Part shown: in pieces, positions 23,081 to 24,000 of the stretch
How the letters are laid out: every line of letters begins with the position of its first letter
Numbering within the stretch: position 1 is the stretch's first letter
From: an uncultured Polaribacter sp.
Lineage (GTDB): Bacteria; Bacteroidota; Bacteroidia; Flavobacteriales; Flavobacteriaceae
DNA: 24,000 nucleotides
Direction of reading: 5' to 3'
Assembly: GCA_943788865.1 (NCBI GenBank)
Contig: CALSRX010000004.1
Coordinates: forward strand, 679,720-703,719
The notes under the pieces: generated by a model
Databases searched by the model: none
Seen by the model: the letters and a program-made list of their open reading frames with translations, nothing else
Told to the model about the DNA's origin: nothing
Made by a program: the position numbers and the translations under genes

Positions 23081-24000
23081 ATGAAAAAAATCGTTTTAAT
23101 ATTCGCGCTATTATTAAGTTTTCAAGGATTTTCACAAAAAGAATATTTGGGAGACGGACCCTATTCGCAATTAATTATCAGAGGAGTGATGTTGATTAAC
23201 GGAGATGGTTCTCCACCTCGGGGTCCAATGGATATTGTTGTAGAAAACAACAAGATTGTCAACATGCAAATTGTGGGGTATCCTGGTGTAAAAATTAATG
23301 AAAAAGGCAGGCCCAAATTAAAAAGTGGAGGAAAAGAGTTAGATGCCAATGGTATGTATTTGTTGCCAGGTTTTATTGATATGCACGGACATATTGGAGG
23401 AGGCGCTCAAGGAGCAAATCCAGAATATGTTTTTAAATTATGGATGGCTCATGGTATTACTTCTGTTAGACAACCCAGTGGACGAAATGCCATTGAATTA
23501 AAAAAACAAAGTGCTGCCAATAAAATTGTAGCGCCAAGAATTTTTGAATATACAGGTTTTGGGTCTGGAAGTAAAAAACCGATTACAACTCCAGACGAAG
23601 CAAGAGCTTGGGTGCAAATGAACGCAAAGAATGGTGCAGACGGAATTAAATTTTTTGGTGCAGAACCAGAAATTATGGATGCTGCTATCAAAGAGAATAA
23701 AAAATTAGGTTTACGTTCTACAGCCCATCATGCACAACTAAGTGTTGCACGTTGGAATGTCTTGCATTCTGCAAGAGCAGGAATGACATCCATGGAACAT
23801 TGGTACGGATTGCCTGAAGCATTATTTAATGACAAAACTGTTCAAAATTATCCAGCAGATTATAATTATCAAAATGAACAACATCGTTTTGAGCAAGCGG
23901 GTAAATTGTGGAAACAAGCTGCAAAACCTTATTCAGAACATTGGAATAAAGTGATGGATGAATTGTTAAGTCTAGATTTTACTCTAGATCCAACGTTTAA
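23081..24000 (+). CDS. Amidohydrolase-family metal-dependent hydrolase, secreted; C-terminus beyond the window
   Basis: The frame is open from ATG 23081 to the window end. It is not in the ORF track because it has no stop. My translation: MKKIVLIFALLLSFQGFSQKEYLGDGPYSQLIIRGVMLINGDGSPPRGPMDIVVENNKIVNM...DANGMYLLPGFIDMHGHIGG.... It has a signal peptide and the HxH metal motif (DMHGH) of the amidohydrolase superfamily. Confidence 0.85.
   Translation, partial: MKKIVLIFALLLSFQGFSQKEYLGDGPYSQLIIRGVMLINGDGSPPRGPMDIVVENNKIVNMQIVGYPGVKINEKGRPKLKSGGKELDANGMYLLPGFIDMHGHIGGGAQGANPEYVFKLWMAHGITSVRQPSGRNAIELKKQSAANKIVAPRIFEYTGFGSGSKKPITTPDEARAWVQMNAKNGADGIKFFGAEPEIMDAAIKENKKLGLRSTAHHAQLSVARWNVLHSARAGMTSMEHWYGLPEALFNDKTVQNYPADYNYQNEQHRFEQAGKLWKQAAKPYSEHWNKVMDELLSLDFTLDPTF

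Noticed and set aside
1-24000. Scan for rRNA, tRNA, CRISPR arrays, transposases, integrases, toxin-antitoxin pairs or known defence-system genes
   Set aside because: None is recognisable. Every spacer longer than 100 nt was read on both strands, and only the elements reported above stood out.

Overview
AT-rich chromosomal segment that looks like a marine Flavobacteriia genome. This is inferred from TAnnTTTG-type -7 promoter boxes close to start codons, no Shine-Dalgarno sequences, many SpII/SpI signal peptides and a DUF6090-type membrane anchor. I support 16 protein-coding genes. The window is dominated by exported peptidases and hydrolases: S9B dipeptidyl-peptidase IV, two S15 CocE/NonD/PepX-type hydrolases, an S45 penicillin/AHL-acylase-family Ntn hydrolase, an M61-like HEXXH peptidase, an M14 carboxypeptidase, an amidohydrolase and an exported DJ-1/PfpI protein. 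Mixed in are a fused beta-alpha L-serine dehydratase, an MFS transporter, a class-B flavin (BVMO-type) monooxygenase and a YgiQ radical-SAM protein. I found no rRNA, tRNA, CRISPR array, transposase or recombinase gene. Four things deserve a second look. (1) A small orphan lipoprotein gene (19631-20050) is bracketed by two related foldback elements whose outer tips are reciprocally swapped. That arrangement is what insertion of a circular cassette by recombination inside a shared GCTAAC/GTTAGC core would leave, i.e. attC-like bookkeeping, with no integrase in the window. (2) A tightly coupled four-gene minus-strand operon (14575->7185) joins an S15 hydrolase, an S45 acylase, a cytoplasmic BVMO-type monooxygenase and a second S15 peptidase. 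(3) A 118-nt three-stem structured element lies in the M14/amidohydrolase spacer. (4) A promoter, 24-codon uORF and terminator leader with possible antiterminator pairings lies in front of the MFS gene. All family assignments come from motifs I read in the translations and not from database searches.
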